DNA of 64,000 bases from Candidatus Saccharimonadales bacterium (lineage in GTDB: Bacteria > Patescibacteriota > Saccharimonadia > Saccharimonadales > UBA10212). Numbering within the stretch: the first letter of the stretch is position 1; each line of letters starts with the position of its first letter. The stretch is from NCBI GenBank assembly GCA_035717985.1, contig DASTHW010000016.1, positions 1,859 through 65,858 on the forward strand, in the 5' to 3' direction. The position numbers were made by a program, and so were the translations under genes. Below the pieces are notes generated by a model. The model saw only the letters and a program-made list of their open reading frames with translations, did not search any database and had not been told where the DNA came from. Shown here piece by piece: positions 54,994 through 63,832 of the stretch.

Positions 54994-55866
54994 TTATTTA
55001 TAGAATATCCGGCCGCTGACCCGTACATCCAAATACTGATCTGGCCGAATATTTTTTTGTTTAAAATCATTCCTAGCGGCCAAAAATTGGCCAATCTGAT
55101 CTTTAGGGTCGCCCGATAAGTAAAACTTAACCATGTAAGGCTGATCGGTGGTTCGAAGATCTAGCTCCTGAGGCGTATCGCTTAAGACTAGAGACTTTAT
55201 AGGCACGCCGCTTTTTTTGGATTGATTAATTAAATCGGTAATAAACAGTACGTTAGCCGTACTAAGAACTTGCTTACCCAGAGAAACTGGCAGGCCGGCA
55301 GAGTCAATGACTTCAGCCAGTTTAGCCCTTTGGTATAGGCTTTTAGGCCCCACTGCCCGGCCGTCGCTGTCAACTACGTACTCTTTGTCGCCACTTTTTA
55401 AGAAAAAGGCTGGCCCGGCAATAGACAGCCTTATGACCGGTTTGGAACTAAAAACCGGCAATTCCACACTAACGGCATTAACCTCCGGGTAGTCCCGCTT
55501 AAAATCGGCGGATAGACTGTTTTCATCAAAGGTGATTTTGGAGCGGTCGCGAAAAGTGCCTAGATAATTTCGAGCCGAATCTCTGTAATTAGTTAAAGAA
55601 TGATAAAAGGTGCTACCAGCAATTATTTTTGGTTGGGAATCCAAGGATAGGCTCTTTACCAAAATCACTACTAAGCCGGCAATCACAATTACATCGGCTG
55701 ATTTTATAAGCATTTTTTTAAAGCCGCTAGTCTTTTTTCTCTTTTTAACAAAGGGACTCGAGGTACTCGTCTGTCTGGCTCCGCTCTGGTAATAACCGCT
55801 GAGCGGCGGGCGCGGACTAGCACTCAGTCTATTTCTAGGCCGATTATTTGAACGTTTTTTCATCAT
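54994..55866 (-). CDS. FtsQ/DivIB-like cell division protein
   Basis: A basic N-terminus, one TM segment (VIVIAGLVVILV), then a POTRA-like region. Its position after murG in the dcw cluster supports the call. Confidence 0.65.
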   Translation of the reverse strand: MMKKRSNNRPRNRLSASPRPPLSGYYQSGARQTSTSSPFVKKRKKTSGFKKMLIKSADVIVIAGLVVILVKSLSLDSQPKIIAGSTFYHSLTNYRDSARNYLGTFRDRSKITFDENSLSADFKRDYPEVNAVSVELPVFSSKPVIRLSIAGPAFFLKSGDKEYVVDSDGRAVGPKSLYQRAKLAEVIDSAGLPVSLGKQVLSTANVLFITDLINQSKKSGVPIKSLVLSDTPQELDLRTTDQPYMVKFYLSGDPKDQIGQFLAARNDFKQKNIRPDQYLDVRVSGRIFYK

Positions 55867-57017
55867 TGCTCGGCTAACTTTAAAATTATTTTAGCTAGTT
55901 CCTGGCTGGCCCCCGGCTTAGCCAGGGCATGCAGGTTAGCGGCCAGCTCCGCCCGTCGGGAGCTGTCGGCTAAAAGTTCATTTATAACTCCGGTAAGCTC
56001 GTCAGCTGACAGCGATTCGCTAAGCACCACAGCGGCGTCTTTACCGGCTAGAGACTGGGCATTTTTTAATTGATGGCCACCGGCCAAAAACGGGCTGGGA
56101 ATGATTACGCAAGCTTTGGCTTGAGTAGCAAATTCGGCGATTGCCGTAGCACCGGCGCGGCTGATTATTAAGTCAGCCGCGCCGCTATATTCATATAGAT
56201 TAGTTACATAATCAAACACCTTCACTCGGTCAAGCTGGTCTTTTGGCAAAGCCTTATGATAACTGTGATCAACTTCTGATAAATGCTGAGCGCCGGTTAT
56301 GTGGGCAATGAAAATATCCGGATAGGCCGTAAGCAGATCTGGGGCTGAGGCTAAAAGTAGGTCGTTTAGCCTTTTAGAGCCATTGCCACCACCAGCCAGT
56401 AAAATCAGCCGGCTGGCTGGTGGCACACCTATCAACTGTTTATATTTTTCTTGGTCAGCTGAATTTACTAGCTGAACACTAGCGTTTAGTGGTATGCCCA
56501 CATAGCGGGCGCCGTGGGCCGGCATGCCAGAGGTCTTAACTGTCGCAAAGCGGCCGATTATCCGGTTAGCTAGGCCGCCGATAACATCAGAATCATGGGT
56601 GACTATGGGAATCCGCCTGAGACGGCCAGCTAGCCCTACCGGTACAGCCACAAAACCACCTTTCGAAAAAATTACGTCCGGCTGGGTGCGCGCTAAAATC
56701 CGGTAGGCCGAGCCTATCGATTTTAAAACTCTAAAAAAGTCGCGGATATTTAGGCCGATAGTCTTAAAATCGGTCAATTGACGCCAAAGTCTCTCGCCGT
56801 GGTAGCGCCTAAATTTGCCGGCGTTAATAAAAACCATAAAATCAAAATCGTGATTGCCGGCCCGCAGGCTGTCTACTTGGTCGCCCTTAAAGCCAATATA
56901 AATTATCTGGCAGTTAGGTTCTTTGGCTTTAAGTTCGCGGGCGAGTGACAAGAGAGGGGTTATGTGGCCGCCGGACCCTCCGCCCGTCAAAACTACCGCT
57001 GGAAATGGGTGCTTCAT
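55863..57017 (-). CDS. murG: UDP-N-acetylglucosamine--N-acetylmuramyl-(pentapeptide) pyrophosphoryl-undecaprenol N-acetylglucosamine transferase
   Basis: N-terminus VVLTGGGSGGHITP, GT28 architecture. Confidence 0.9.
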   Translation of the reverse strand: MKHPFPAVVLTGGGSGGHITPLLSLARELKAKEPNCQIIYIGFKGDQVDSLRAGNHDFDFMVFINAGKFRRYHGERLWRQLTDFKTIGLNIRDFFRVLKSIGSAYRILARTQPDVIFSKGGFVAVPVGLAGRLRRIPIVTHDSDVIGGLANRIIGRFATVKTSGMPAHGARYVGIPLNASVQLVNSADQEKYKQLIGVPPASRLILLAGGGNGSKRLNDLLLASAPDLLTAYPDIFIAHITGAQHLSEVDHSYHKALPKDQLDRVKVFDYVTNLYEYSGAADLIISRAGATAIAEFATQAKACVIIPSPFLAGGHQLKNAQSLAGKDAAVVLSESLSADELTGVINELLADSSRRAELAANLHALAKPGASQELAKIILKLAEQ

Positions 57018-58191
57018 CTGGGTTAATATCTGGCTCGATTACTCTGTAACTAGTATAACGTGAAACCTGGAAAACAATGCCCAGGGCGGCCGCCAGAAAG
57101 ACCAGGCTGGTGCTCCCCTGACTGATCAGCGGCAAAGTGATTCCCTTAAGCGGTAGCAGACCGACCATGGCTCCGACATTGATTATCATCTGGGTGCTGA
57201 ACCAAGCCAGCACTCCTACTACCATCAGTCGGCTAAATGGGTCAGCTGTGCGCTCGATGATTTTTTTGAGTCTAGTAATTAAGCCGCCGTAGATAACAAT
57301 TATCAAAAAACTGCCGATGAAGCCGAATTTCTCGGCCATGATAGCGAAAATCGAGTCGTTGGCTGGTTCCGGTAGATAGCCATAAGCCTGCACGCTATTA
57401 CCAAGCCCTAAGCCCAGCACGCCGCCGGAGCCTACTGAAATCAGCGCCTGACACTCCTGATAACCACTTCCCTGACAATTACTACCCGGATGTAGATAAG
57501 TAGCCAAGCGCTCCCGGCGGTACCCACTACTGGCTATCGCTAAAATTAGGATTACCAGCACGATGCCAGAAAACATGGCGATTTTTTTTAAGGGCAAACC
57601 AACCGAAAAAGCCGCCGCCCCAATCATAACAATCATGACGCCGGCCGAACCTAAGTCGCTTTGTAGTTTAGCCACCACCGCCGCCAGAATCAGTAGGAGT
57701 ATCAAAAGCGGCCTAATAGTGCGCTTAAAATCATTCAAGAGTCCCCGCCTCCATTGGGTGGTTAAAAAGGCCGCCAGCTGGACTAAAAGAGCCAGTTTTA
57801 TAAGCTCAGCCACCTGGAAGGAAAATCCGCCTAGCCGGATCCAGCGGTGGGCCGGATAATTGGCGTTAATCGGCGTCACCATAACAATCGCACAGCCGAT
57901 AATCGCTATCAGGCTAAGGGTCTTGGCGTGCTGGCGCCAAAAACTAATCGGTAAATGCGCGGCAATACCAAAACCAACTATTCCCAAAGCTACGGCAATC
58001 AACTGCTTGGTAATAAAATAGCTTTGGCTGACGTGCTGGTTGGCCGCTAGCCCCGGGCTAATCGAATAAACAACTACTAGGCCAATAGTCACTAACAGGC
58101 AGGATAAAACTAATAGCCAATGATCCGGCTTGTGGCGCCGGGCGCCAGCGACAGCTGATTCTATCGGGGAGCGTCTAGGGCGAGCATTCAA
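56929..58191 (-). CDS. ftsW: SEDS family peptidoglycan polymerase FtsW
   Basis: 420 aa with about 10 TM segments and family motifs (GGFSFQVAELIKL, PEPANDSIFA). The 3' end overlaps murG by 89 nt. Confidence 0.9.
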   Translation of the reverse strand: MNARPRRSPIESAVAGARRHKPDHWLLVLSCLLVTIGLVVVYSISPGLAANQHVSQSYFITKQLIAVALGIVGFGIAAHLPISFWRQHAKTLSLIAIIGCAIVMVTPINANYPAHRWIRLGGFSFQVAELIKLALLVQLAAFLTTQWRRGLLNDFKRTIRPLLILLLILAAVVAKLQSDLGSAGVMIVMIGAAAFSVGLPLKKIAMFSGIVLVILILAIASSGYRRERLATYLHPGSNCQGSGYQECQALISVGSGGVLGLGLGNSVQAYGYLPEPANDSIFAIMAEKFGFIGSFLIIVIYGGLITRLKKIIERTADPFSRLMVVGVLAWFSTQMIINVGAMVGLLPLKGITLPLISQGSTSLVFLAAALGIVFQVSRYTSYRVIEPDINPDEAPISSGSFDGRRVRRPHNPSLVTRPRT

Positions 58192-59228
58192 CTAAAGCCC
58201 CCTAGGACAAAAACGATTAGACCGATGAAGGCGGCTACCTCGCCGAGTACCCAAAAGCGCATAGTCACTTTAGTCTCTGGCCAGCCTAGCGCCTCAAAAT
58301 GGTGATGTATCGGGCTAGATAAGAAAATTTTCTTGCCTTGGCGCATTTTTTTGCTGGCAATTTGGATAATTACCGAGCCGGTCTCAACCACAAAAACCAG
58401 GCCAATAATCGGCAAAAGCAAAACCGTATTGGTTAACATGGCCACGACACCAAGTGCCGTTCCAAGGGCAAACGAGCCCACGTCCCCCATAAAAAAACGC
58501 GCCGGATAGATATTGAACCACGTGTAAGATAGCAGTGTGCCGACAATAGTCATGCAAAAACCGGATAGAGCGTACTTTTTTTCAATCAAACTAATGACAG
58601 CGTAAGCCCCAAAGGCAATGACGCTTAGCCCCCCGGCTAAGCCATCCAGCCCGTCAGAAATATTAACGGCGTTAGCCGTGGCGTAGACTACCAATATAAA
58701 TAACGGAATAATCCAAAGCCCGATATGCCAGGTGTGATAAAACGGGATATGCAAGCTGTCAAAGCCGAGTTTGTCATAAAACCACCAGCCGCCAATCAAA
58801 GCAATAATAAACAGGAGCAAGGATTTCATTTTGGCGCGCATGCCGGCAATACCGCCGCCGATACCGCGCACATTGATAACATCGTCAATTAGGCCGATGG
58901 CGCCGGCGCCGGCCATAGCGGCCATCGGTAGCCAGGTTTCCGACCGCACCAGATTGCCAGGTAAAGTCACGATGGCGGTCGCTAGAACAAAAATAATGCC
59001 GGCCATCGTCGGGATATTGCGGGTATGTTTGGCGGCGTGCAGTTTTTGATAAACCGTAGCTTTCTCGCCAGTCACAGTAGTCGTACGGGCTCGCTTCCAC
59101 CATTTACCAGAGAAAGCGGCGGCTGTATAGAGCGGTGTCAGCGCCATGGCCGCCACAAAACTAAGGAATGCAAAAATAAAAATTTGTTCGATAGTATGCG
59201 AGCTGGCGGAAATTTGTAAACTGCTCAT
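58188..59228 (-). CDS. mraY: phospho-N-acetylmuramoyl-pentapeptide-transferase
   Basis: NAVNISDGLDGLAGG, MGDVGSFALG and SPIHHHFE. Confidence 0.95.
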   Translation of the reverse strand: MSSLQISASSHTIEQIFIFAFLSFVAAMALTPLYTAAAFSGKWWKRARTTTVTGEKATVYQKLHAAKHTRNIPTMAGIIFVLATAIVTLPGNLVRSETWLPMAAMAGAGAIGLIDDVINVRGIGGGIAGMRAKMKSLLLFIIALIGGWWFYDKLGFDSLHIPFYHTWHIGLWIIPLFILVVYATANAVNISDGLDGLAGGLSVIAFGAYAVISLIEKKYALSGFCMTIVGTLLSYTWFNIYPARFFMGDVGSFALGTALGVVAMLTNTVLLLPIIGLVFVVETGSVIIQIASKKMRQGKKIFLSSPIHHHFEALGWPETKVTMRFWVLGEVAAFIGLIVFVLGGFS

Positions 59229-59262
59229 GTCTGTTTTGGCTAAGCCCTCATATTATACCAGC

Positions 59263-61059
59263 TTATGAGCCGGTTTTGGGTGTTACGTTATAGTCATTTA
59301 TGAGCATATGCGCCAGGTCGGAAAATAGCGGCATAGCGGCCGTGGTTCCGGCGTAGCCGCCGATGTGCGGCTGGTGAATAGCCACCATGATGACATACTG
59401 AGGCTTGTCGCCGCCAACATAGCCGATAAAGGTTCCGTTAAAGCGATCATCGTAGTAGCCGCCGGCCGGACTGGCAATTTGGGCGGTGCCGGTCTTGCCG
59501 CCGACCATGTAGCCAGCCGGGAACCGCATATACGGGAACCCCTGCTCTACTTTGGTTTGGACTACACCCACCATTAAATTTGCCAGCTCCTGGCCGACTT
59601 TTGGCGAGGCAACATCGCGGCGGACTACCCTTGGTTTTATGGTGGTAACCGAACCATCAGGATTAGTAATTTGATCAACCAGCCGTGGCTTATAGTAAGT
59701 GCCACCGTTTAATACCGAGGACAGAGCCGCCGCCATCTGCAGTGGCGTGGCCGTCATAGCCTGACCAAAAGCAGTGTTAGCATATGTCAGCTGTAGTCCG
59801 TAGCCGCTGTCAGGCGGCGGTACGTAGCCGCCGGATTCATAGCCTTGGTCTATGCCGGTTAGCTTGCCGAATTGATAATGATTAACCATGTAGTCATGCC
59901 AGGCATCGCGGGCTTTTTGATTTACTACGCCGGTCTGGTGGCCCATCTGCATTAGCTCCCAAGTGGCGCCGGTATTCATCGATAGGTTCAAAAGTTTGGC
60001 TATACTGCTGGGGCCGGCGCCGCCGTCTTCTTCCACATTTTTAACAATTGAACCATCCAGCTTCCACTGGCCGGGGTCATAAAAAGTGGTGTCCGGCGTA
60101 ATCACGCCTTGGTCAAGAGCGGCCGCCGTAGTTAGAGTCTTCATAATCGAGCCCGGCTCAAACGGATCACTGACGGCGGCATTATTAAAGATGCCCGGAT
60201 TAGTAACTTTATAAAACTGCGACGGATCATAGGTTGGATAATTGGCCATAGCCTTCACCGCCCCGGTATTGATATCCATTATCAGGGCGCTACCCAGCTG
60301 GCTTTTAGCGTGTTTTACGTCTTGGGCTAGATAAGTCTCCAGCTGTTTCTGCATGCCCATATCAATTGTCAAAACCACGTCATCACCGGATTTAGGCGCA
60401 ATTTGGATATTGCCGGGGCTAGCGGCCAGCGGTACGCCATTTACATCAGTAATGGCCTTCAACATGCCGGGGGTACCGGCCAGCTGTTTATTTAAAGCCT
60501 GTTCAACCCCGTAGGTACCCACTCCGTTATCATTGACGAAGCCAAGTAGCTGAGAAGCCAAATCACCGTCCGGGTAAGTCCGGTAGTCCTGGCCCTGCGT
60601 ACCGATGCCGGCCAACTTGAGAGATGTTATTTTGTCGCTCTGGGATTGGCTGAGCCTTTTACCGAGTACTACATAGCGGGTGTTTTTGGTCTTTAGTTGG
60701 CCGGTATATTTGTCGGCGCTACCGCCAATGATCTTAGCAATTTTCTGGCCGTCGCCATCAGCATTCTTGACCAGCGTCGGGTCGCCGTAGAGAGTATAAA
60801 GTTTTTGATTTAAAACTATCGGAACAATTCCGCCAGCAGAATGAGCCGAGATCGTGCCTCGATCCGCTGGGATGGAGTACTGCCGGAGCTGGTCAGCCAG
60901 CGCCGCCCTTTGATAATAATCATGTTTGACAATTTGTATCCAAAACAGGCGCCCGACAATAACAGCACAAATAAAAAGCAAGGTGCCATACCACAGATAT
61001 AACCGATGGTTGGCGCTAGTCTTCGAGCCTCTTTCACGGCGTGCTTCACTGCCAAACAT
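59263..61059 (-). CDS. ftsI: class B penicillin-binding protein (FtsI-type transpeptidase)
   Basis: SxxK (GSIMKT), SxN (LSMNTG) and KTGT (GGKTGTAQ), with an N-terminal TM anchor. Confidence 0.9.
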   Translation of the reverse strand: MFGSEARRERGSKTSANHRLYLWYGTLLFICAVIVGRLFWIQIVKHDYYQRAALADQLRQYSIPADRGTISAHSAGGIVPIVLNQKLYTLYGDPTLVKNADGDGQKIAKIIGGSADKYTGQLKTKNTRYVVLGKRLSQSQSDKITSLKLAGIGTQGQDYRTYPDGDLASQLLGFVNDNGVGTYGVEQALNKQLAGTPGMLKAITDVNGVPLAASPGNIQIAPKSGDDVVLTIDMGMQKQLETYLAQDVKHAKSQLGSALIMDINTGAVKAMANYPTYDPSQFYKVTNPGIFNNAAVSDPFEPGSIMKTLTTAAALDQGVITPDTTFYDPGQWKLDGSIVKNVEEDGGAGPSSIAKLLNLSMNTGATWELMQMGHQTGVVNQKARDAWHDYMVNHYQFGKLTGIDQGYESGGYVPPPDSGYGLQLTYANTAFGQAMTATPLQMAAALSSVLNGGTYYKPRLVDQITNPDGSVTTIKPRVVRRDVASPKVGQELANLMVGVVQTKVEQGFPYMRFPAGYMVGGKTGTAQIASPAGGYYDDRFNGTFIGYVGGDKPQYVIMVAIHQPHIGGYAGTTAAMPLFSDLAHMLINDYNVTPKTGS

Positions 61060-61065
61060 TACTCA

Positions 61066-61413
61066 TTACTGGCTAATTACTCCCGAAGGCGTAACGCTGA
61101 CCAGATTCTTAGCCGTTTGGCTGGAGGCCACCCGGTCTAGAGACTGCAAGCGAGCGGCGGCCACTTCTAAACTGGCTTTTTCGTTTTTGAGATTGGTTTG
61201 TTGTTCTTGCAAAGCATTAATAGTATACCCAAAGCCGTTGGTTTTGGTCACCTGTGTTAAATACAGCAGGCCGACCAGACAAGCCAGGATGATCAAAATA
61301 ATCGTGTTGCTGACAGGCCCTAGCGATCGGGCTGAGCTAATGAACGTAACGGAGTTTTGATTGCGCTTTAGGCCGCCTCGGCGGCTCATGGCGACGGAAC
61401 TAGAATATGTCAT
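61066..61413 (-). CDS. FtsL-like septum formation protein
   Basis: 115 aa with one TM segment (IILIILACLVGLLYL) followed by a coiled-coil-like segment. It sits between rsmH and ftsI. Confidence 0.5.
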   Translation of the reverse strand: MTYSSSVAMSRRGGLKRNQNSVTFISSARSLGPVSNTIILIILACLVGLLYLTQVTKTNGFGYTINALQEQQTNLKNEKASLEVAAARLQSLDRVASSQTAKNLVSVTPSGVISQ

Positions 61414-61575
61414 ATTTTTGTTTTATTTTGGTACTTATTTTTGTGGTGGCGGCGCTTTTTATTAGGGCCGAGCGCCGCCATGCTTTTAATCCTTATCTAG
61501 GGGCCTACTCGGACTTGAACCCTATATGCCCTAGGATTTTTGTACTTTACCGTTATCGGCATTAAAAGTACCGTC

Positions 61576-62490
61576 TTAACCCTTTCTTTTTGTTTTTATT
61601 TTTGCGGCGGCTCGCAGTTTAGCACTACGGGCACGCGGATTGGAAACTATTTCTTGAGCCTTAGGCGTCAGTGGTTTTTTGGTCAATGTCAGAAGTTCAG
61701 CATCATATCGGTCGCCAGCGTGCTCGGCAAAGAATCGCTTAACTAGCCGGTCTTCCAGACTGTGAAAGCTGATGACAGCCAGCCGTCCGCCGGGGGCTAT
61801 CAGCTCTAGCCAAAGTGGTAAAGCCTGCTCTAGCTGATTAAGCTCGTCGTTAACAGCTATCCGCAGAGCTTGAAAGGTTTTGGTGGCTGGGTGAATTTTG
61901 CGGCGGCCAAACCGCCTGGGGCTTGCGCCTTCAATCACCTGTGCCAGCTCTAGCGTTGAGCTTAGGGGTCTAGCCTCGACTATTGCCTTGGCAATTCGGC
62001 CGGCTCTTGGCTCTTGCCCAAACCTGCTGATTATGTCGGCTAGTTCGGCCTGGCTGGATTTGTTAACCAGCGCGTAAGCGGTTAAGCTCTGCCGCTGATC
62101 CATTCGCATATCCAGCGGTCCTTCCCTGCCAAACGAAAAACCTCTGCCCGGTTCGTTAAGGTGCGGTGAACTTGTGCCCAAATCTGCCAAAACCATATCA
62201 AAGCGCCTTTCCTCCTCTACCAGCCGCCGGCTGGCCGATAAAAAATCGGCGTGCACTATATCGGCAGTGGTAAAGACGGCCCGCAGGCTGGAAATAGCCT
62301 GCTCGTCGCGGTCTACTAAAACCACGGCGGACAATTTACCGGCCGCGGCTCTAATGGCCGAGGCGTGGCCTCCGTAACCGGCAGTTAAATCCAGATAGGT
62401 TTCGCCGGCCTTCGGTGAAAGGCAAGCTATGACCTCGCTGGTCATTACCGGTTGATGCTTTGGCGCCTGCATTTGTTTTTGTTTTGGCAT
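61576..62490 (-). CDS. rsmH: 16S rRNA (cytosine1402-N4)-methyltransferase
   Basis: HQPVMTSEV, DLTAGYGGHA, DLGTSSPHL and FHSLEDR. Confidence 0.95.
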   Translation of the reverse strand: MPKQKQMQAPKHQPVMTSEVIACLSPKAGETYLDLTAGYGGHASAIRAAAGKLSAVVLVDRDEQAISSLRAVFTTADIVHADFLSASRRLVEEERRFDMVLADLGTSSPHLNEPGRGFSFGREGPLDMRMDQRQSLTAYALVNKSSQAELADIISRFGQEPRAGRIAKAIVEARPLSSTLELAQVIEGASPRRFGRRKIHPATKTFQALRIAVNDELNQLEQALPLWLELIAPGGRLAVISFHSLEDRLVKRFFAEHAGDRYDAELLTLTKKPLTPKAQEIVSNPRARSAKLRAAAKIKTKRKG

Positions 62491-62527
62491 TTTTGTTTTT
62501 GTTAGCAGGGGTTTCCCTGCCTTGCAA

Positions 62528-62765
62528 GGTCACCTAATCAGCAGTCAGCTTTTTGTTTTTGGTTTGTTTTTTGTTTTTGTTAGAGGGAGCTTACCTGCGC
62601 GTCTGAAGCTAAAAGCCCAGCCTTACCGGTGAGCTCCGAGTAAAAGTTCTTTTGAGAGACTTTTAAAGTGAGGTGGAGTTTTGGGAGGTGTTACTAATGT
62701 AAGGTGCAAGGGTTTTGATAACGGTGGGCCCTGATGACCACCGGCTGACTGCCAATTAGCTGACC
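62528..62765. repeat. 22-bp imperfect inverted repeats bounding a roughly 194-bp insert between mraZ and rsmH
   Basis: ggtcacctaatcagcagtcagc (62528-62549) matches the reverse complement of gctgactgccaattagctgacc (62744-62765) at 19 of 22. An internal 10-bp helix pairs 62586-62595 with 62628-62637. Confidence 0.55.
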
Positions 62766-62840
62766 TCTGAGTAATGAGACCTTTGATTCACTAATTGGCG
62801 GTTTTCGAGCACTTAATTGTTAAATTACTAAGCCTATAAA

Positions 62841-63197
62841 CTAACTTTTGGCTATTAGCCGCCAGTATCGGCCGGCCCTCACCGCTATGATTTCCCGGTC
62901 TATGCCGGCGTACTCACAGAGGTGCTGAGGAAGCGGAATTCTGCCCTGTTTGGCATCAATTTCACTCTCGGTCTTGCCCATTCGGAAGCGAACATTTAGA
63001 TCGGCGGTGGCCTCGTCTAGAATATTTCCCGAGAGCGCCGGCTCCACTAGCTCGTCCCACACGGACTTAGGATATAGGTGCAGGTAACGATCAAAGCCTT
63101 GGGTTATAACTACGCCGCTGGCAAACTCGGCCCGAAGCTCGGCTGGTATTGTCAGCCGCCGCTTATCATCTAGCCTGCGCTCGAAGTAGTCTCCCAT
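62841..63197 (-). CDS. mraZ: transcriptional regulator MraZ (short form, 118 aa)
   Basis: Two SpoVT/AbrB-like repeats carrying LDDKRRLTIP and DAKQGRIPLP. It is the first gene of the dcw cluster. Confidence 0.85.
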   Translation of the reverse strand: MGDYFERRLDDKRRLTIPAELRAEFASGVVITQGFDRYLHLYPKSVWDELVEPALSGNILDEATADLNVRFRMGKTESEIDAKQGRIPLPQHLCEYAGIDREIIAVRAGRYWRLIAKS

Positions 63198-63259
63198 AAT
63201 CTCTTCTATAATTACCTTGCTATTTTTTTGTTTTGTGGTGGGGGTTAGCTGTTTTGGCT

Positions 63260-63306
63260 ACCCACTTTTACCCACTGCTGTCACTATACAACCCACTTTT
63301 ACCCAC
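63260..63306 (-). promoter_or_regulatory. putative MraZ operator: four GTGGGT boxes in two identical 16-nt units
   Basis: acccacttttacccac occurs at 63260-63275 and again at 63291-63306. On the coding strand this reads GTGGGTAAAAGTGGGT, so the boxes are 10 nt apart. Confidence 0.6.
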
Positions 63307-63312
63307 ACGCAA
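63283..63312 (-). promoter_or_regulatory. candidate mraZ (dcw) promoter
   Basis: Reverse strand: TTGCGT (63312-63307), an 18-nt spacer that contains one box pair, then TATAGT (63288-63283). Confidence 0.5.
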
Positions 63313-63323
63313 GGGTTTTATTG

Positions 63324-63354
63324 AAAAATCTGCCCCCAGTCAGAGCAGATTTTC
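63324..63354 (-). terminator. intrinsic terminator of the upstream gene, just before the mraZ promoter
   Basis: A 9-bp stem, aaaatctgc / gcagatttt, with an 11-nt loop. On the reverse strand the U-run continues as UUUUUC. Confidence 0.55.
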
Positions 63355-63423
63355 CACAGTTTTTCAAGAAGTGTGACAATTACACAATATATGGTGGCGG
63401 GCACGCCGGCAAAGGCGCTAAAC

Positions 63424-63795
63424 TTAACCGCCGTAATTAGGGGTCTGGGTAGTAATTACTACGCTCTCGGTCCCGCCGTAGTGGCTGGGGTCTGGCCGCT
63501 GTTCGGTATGAGTCTTAGTTATGATAGTCGGGTTTGCCACATGCTCGAAGCGGTGCACAAAATATGGCACAGCCGGCACAGCCAAAATGACTGCGCCAAT
63601 ATAAGGAGCTAGGCCCTTCATACGGCGCAAGAGACTAGCATTATCCTCAGGAGCAGACGCTAAACTGTCTAAGGCGGCTAGATGTTCATCAACGCTGGCT
63701 AAAGCAGAGTCTACGTCTTCTGTGTCGGCCCGGCCAAAGTGTTCATTGCGAGCTTGCTCGGCAGTTTTGTCTAGTGTTGGTCTTAATAAAGCCAT
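63424..63795 (-). CDS. hypothetical protein with one TM segment
   Basis: 123 aa with an acidic N-terminal half and the TM segment APYIGAVILAVPAVPYF. Confidence 0.45.
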   Translation of the reverse strand: MALLRPTLDKTAEQARNEHFGRADTEDVDSALASVDEHLAALDSLASAPEDNASLLRRMKGLAPYIGAVILAVPAVPYFVHRFEHVANPTIITKTHTEQRPDPSHYGGTESVVITTQTPNYGG

Positions 63796-63832
63796 GCCAA
63801 TATACTAGCATAAAGTGTTAAAATGGTCAAGC

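Noticed and set aside
61505-61545. tRNA-like T-arm string (ggacttgaaccc, reverse GGGTTCAAGTCC) between rsmH and ftsL.
   Set aside because: I could not fold a T-stem, acceptor stem or anticodon arm around it.
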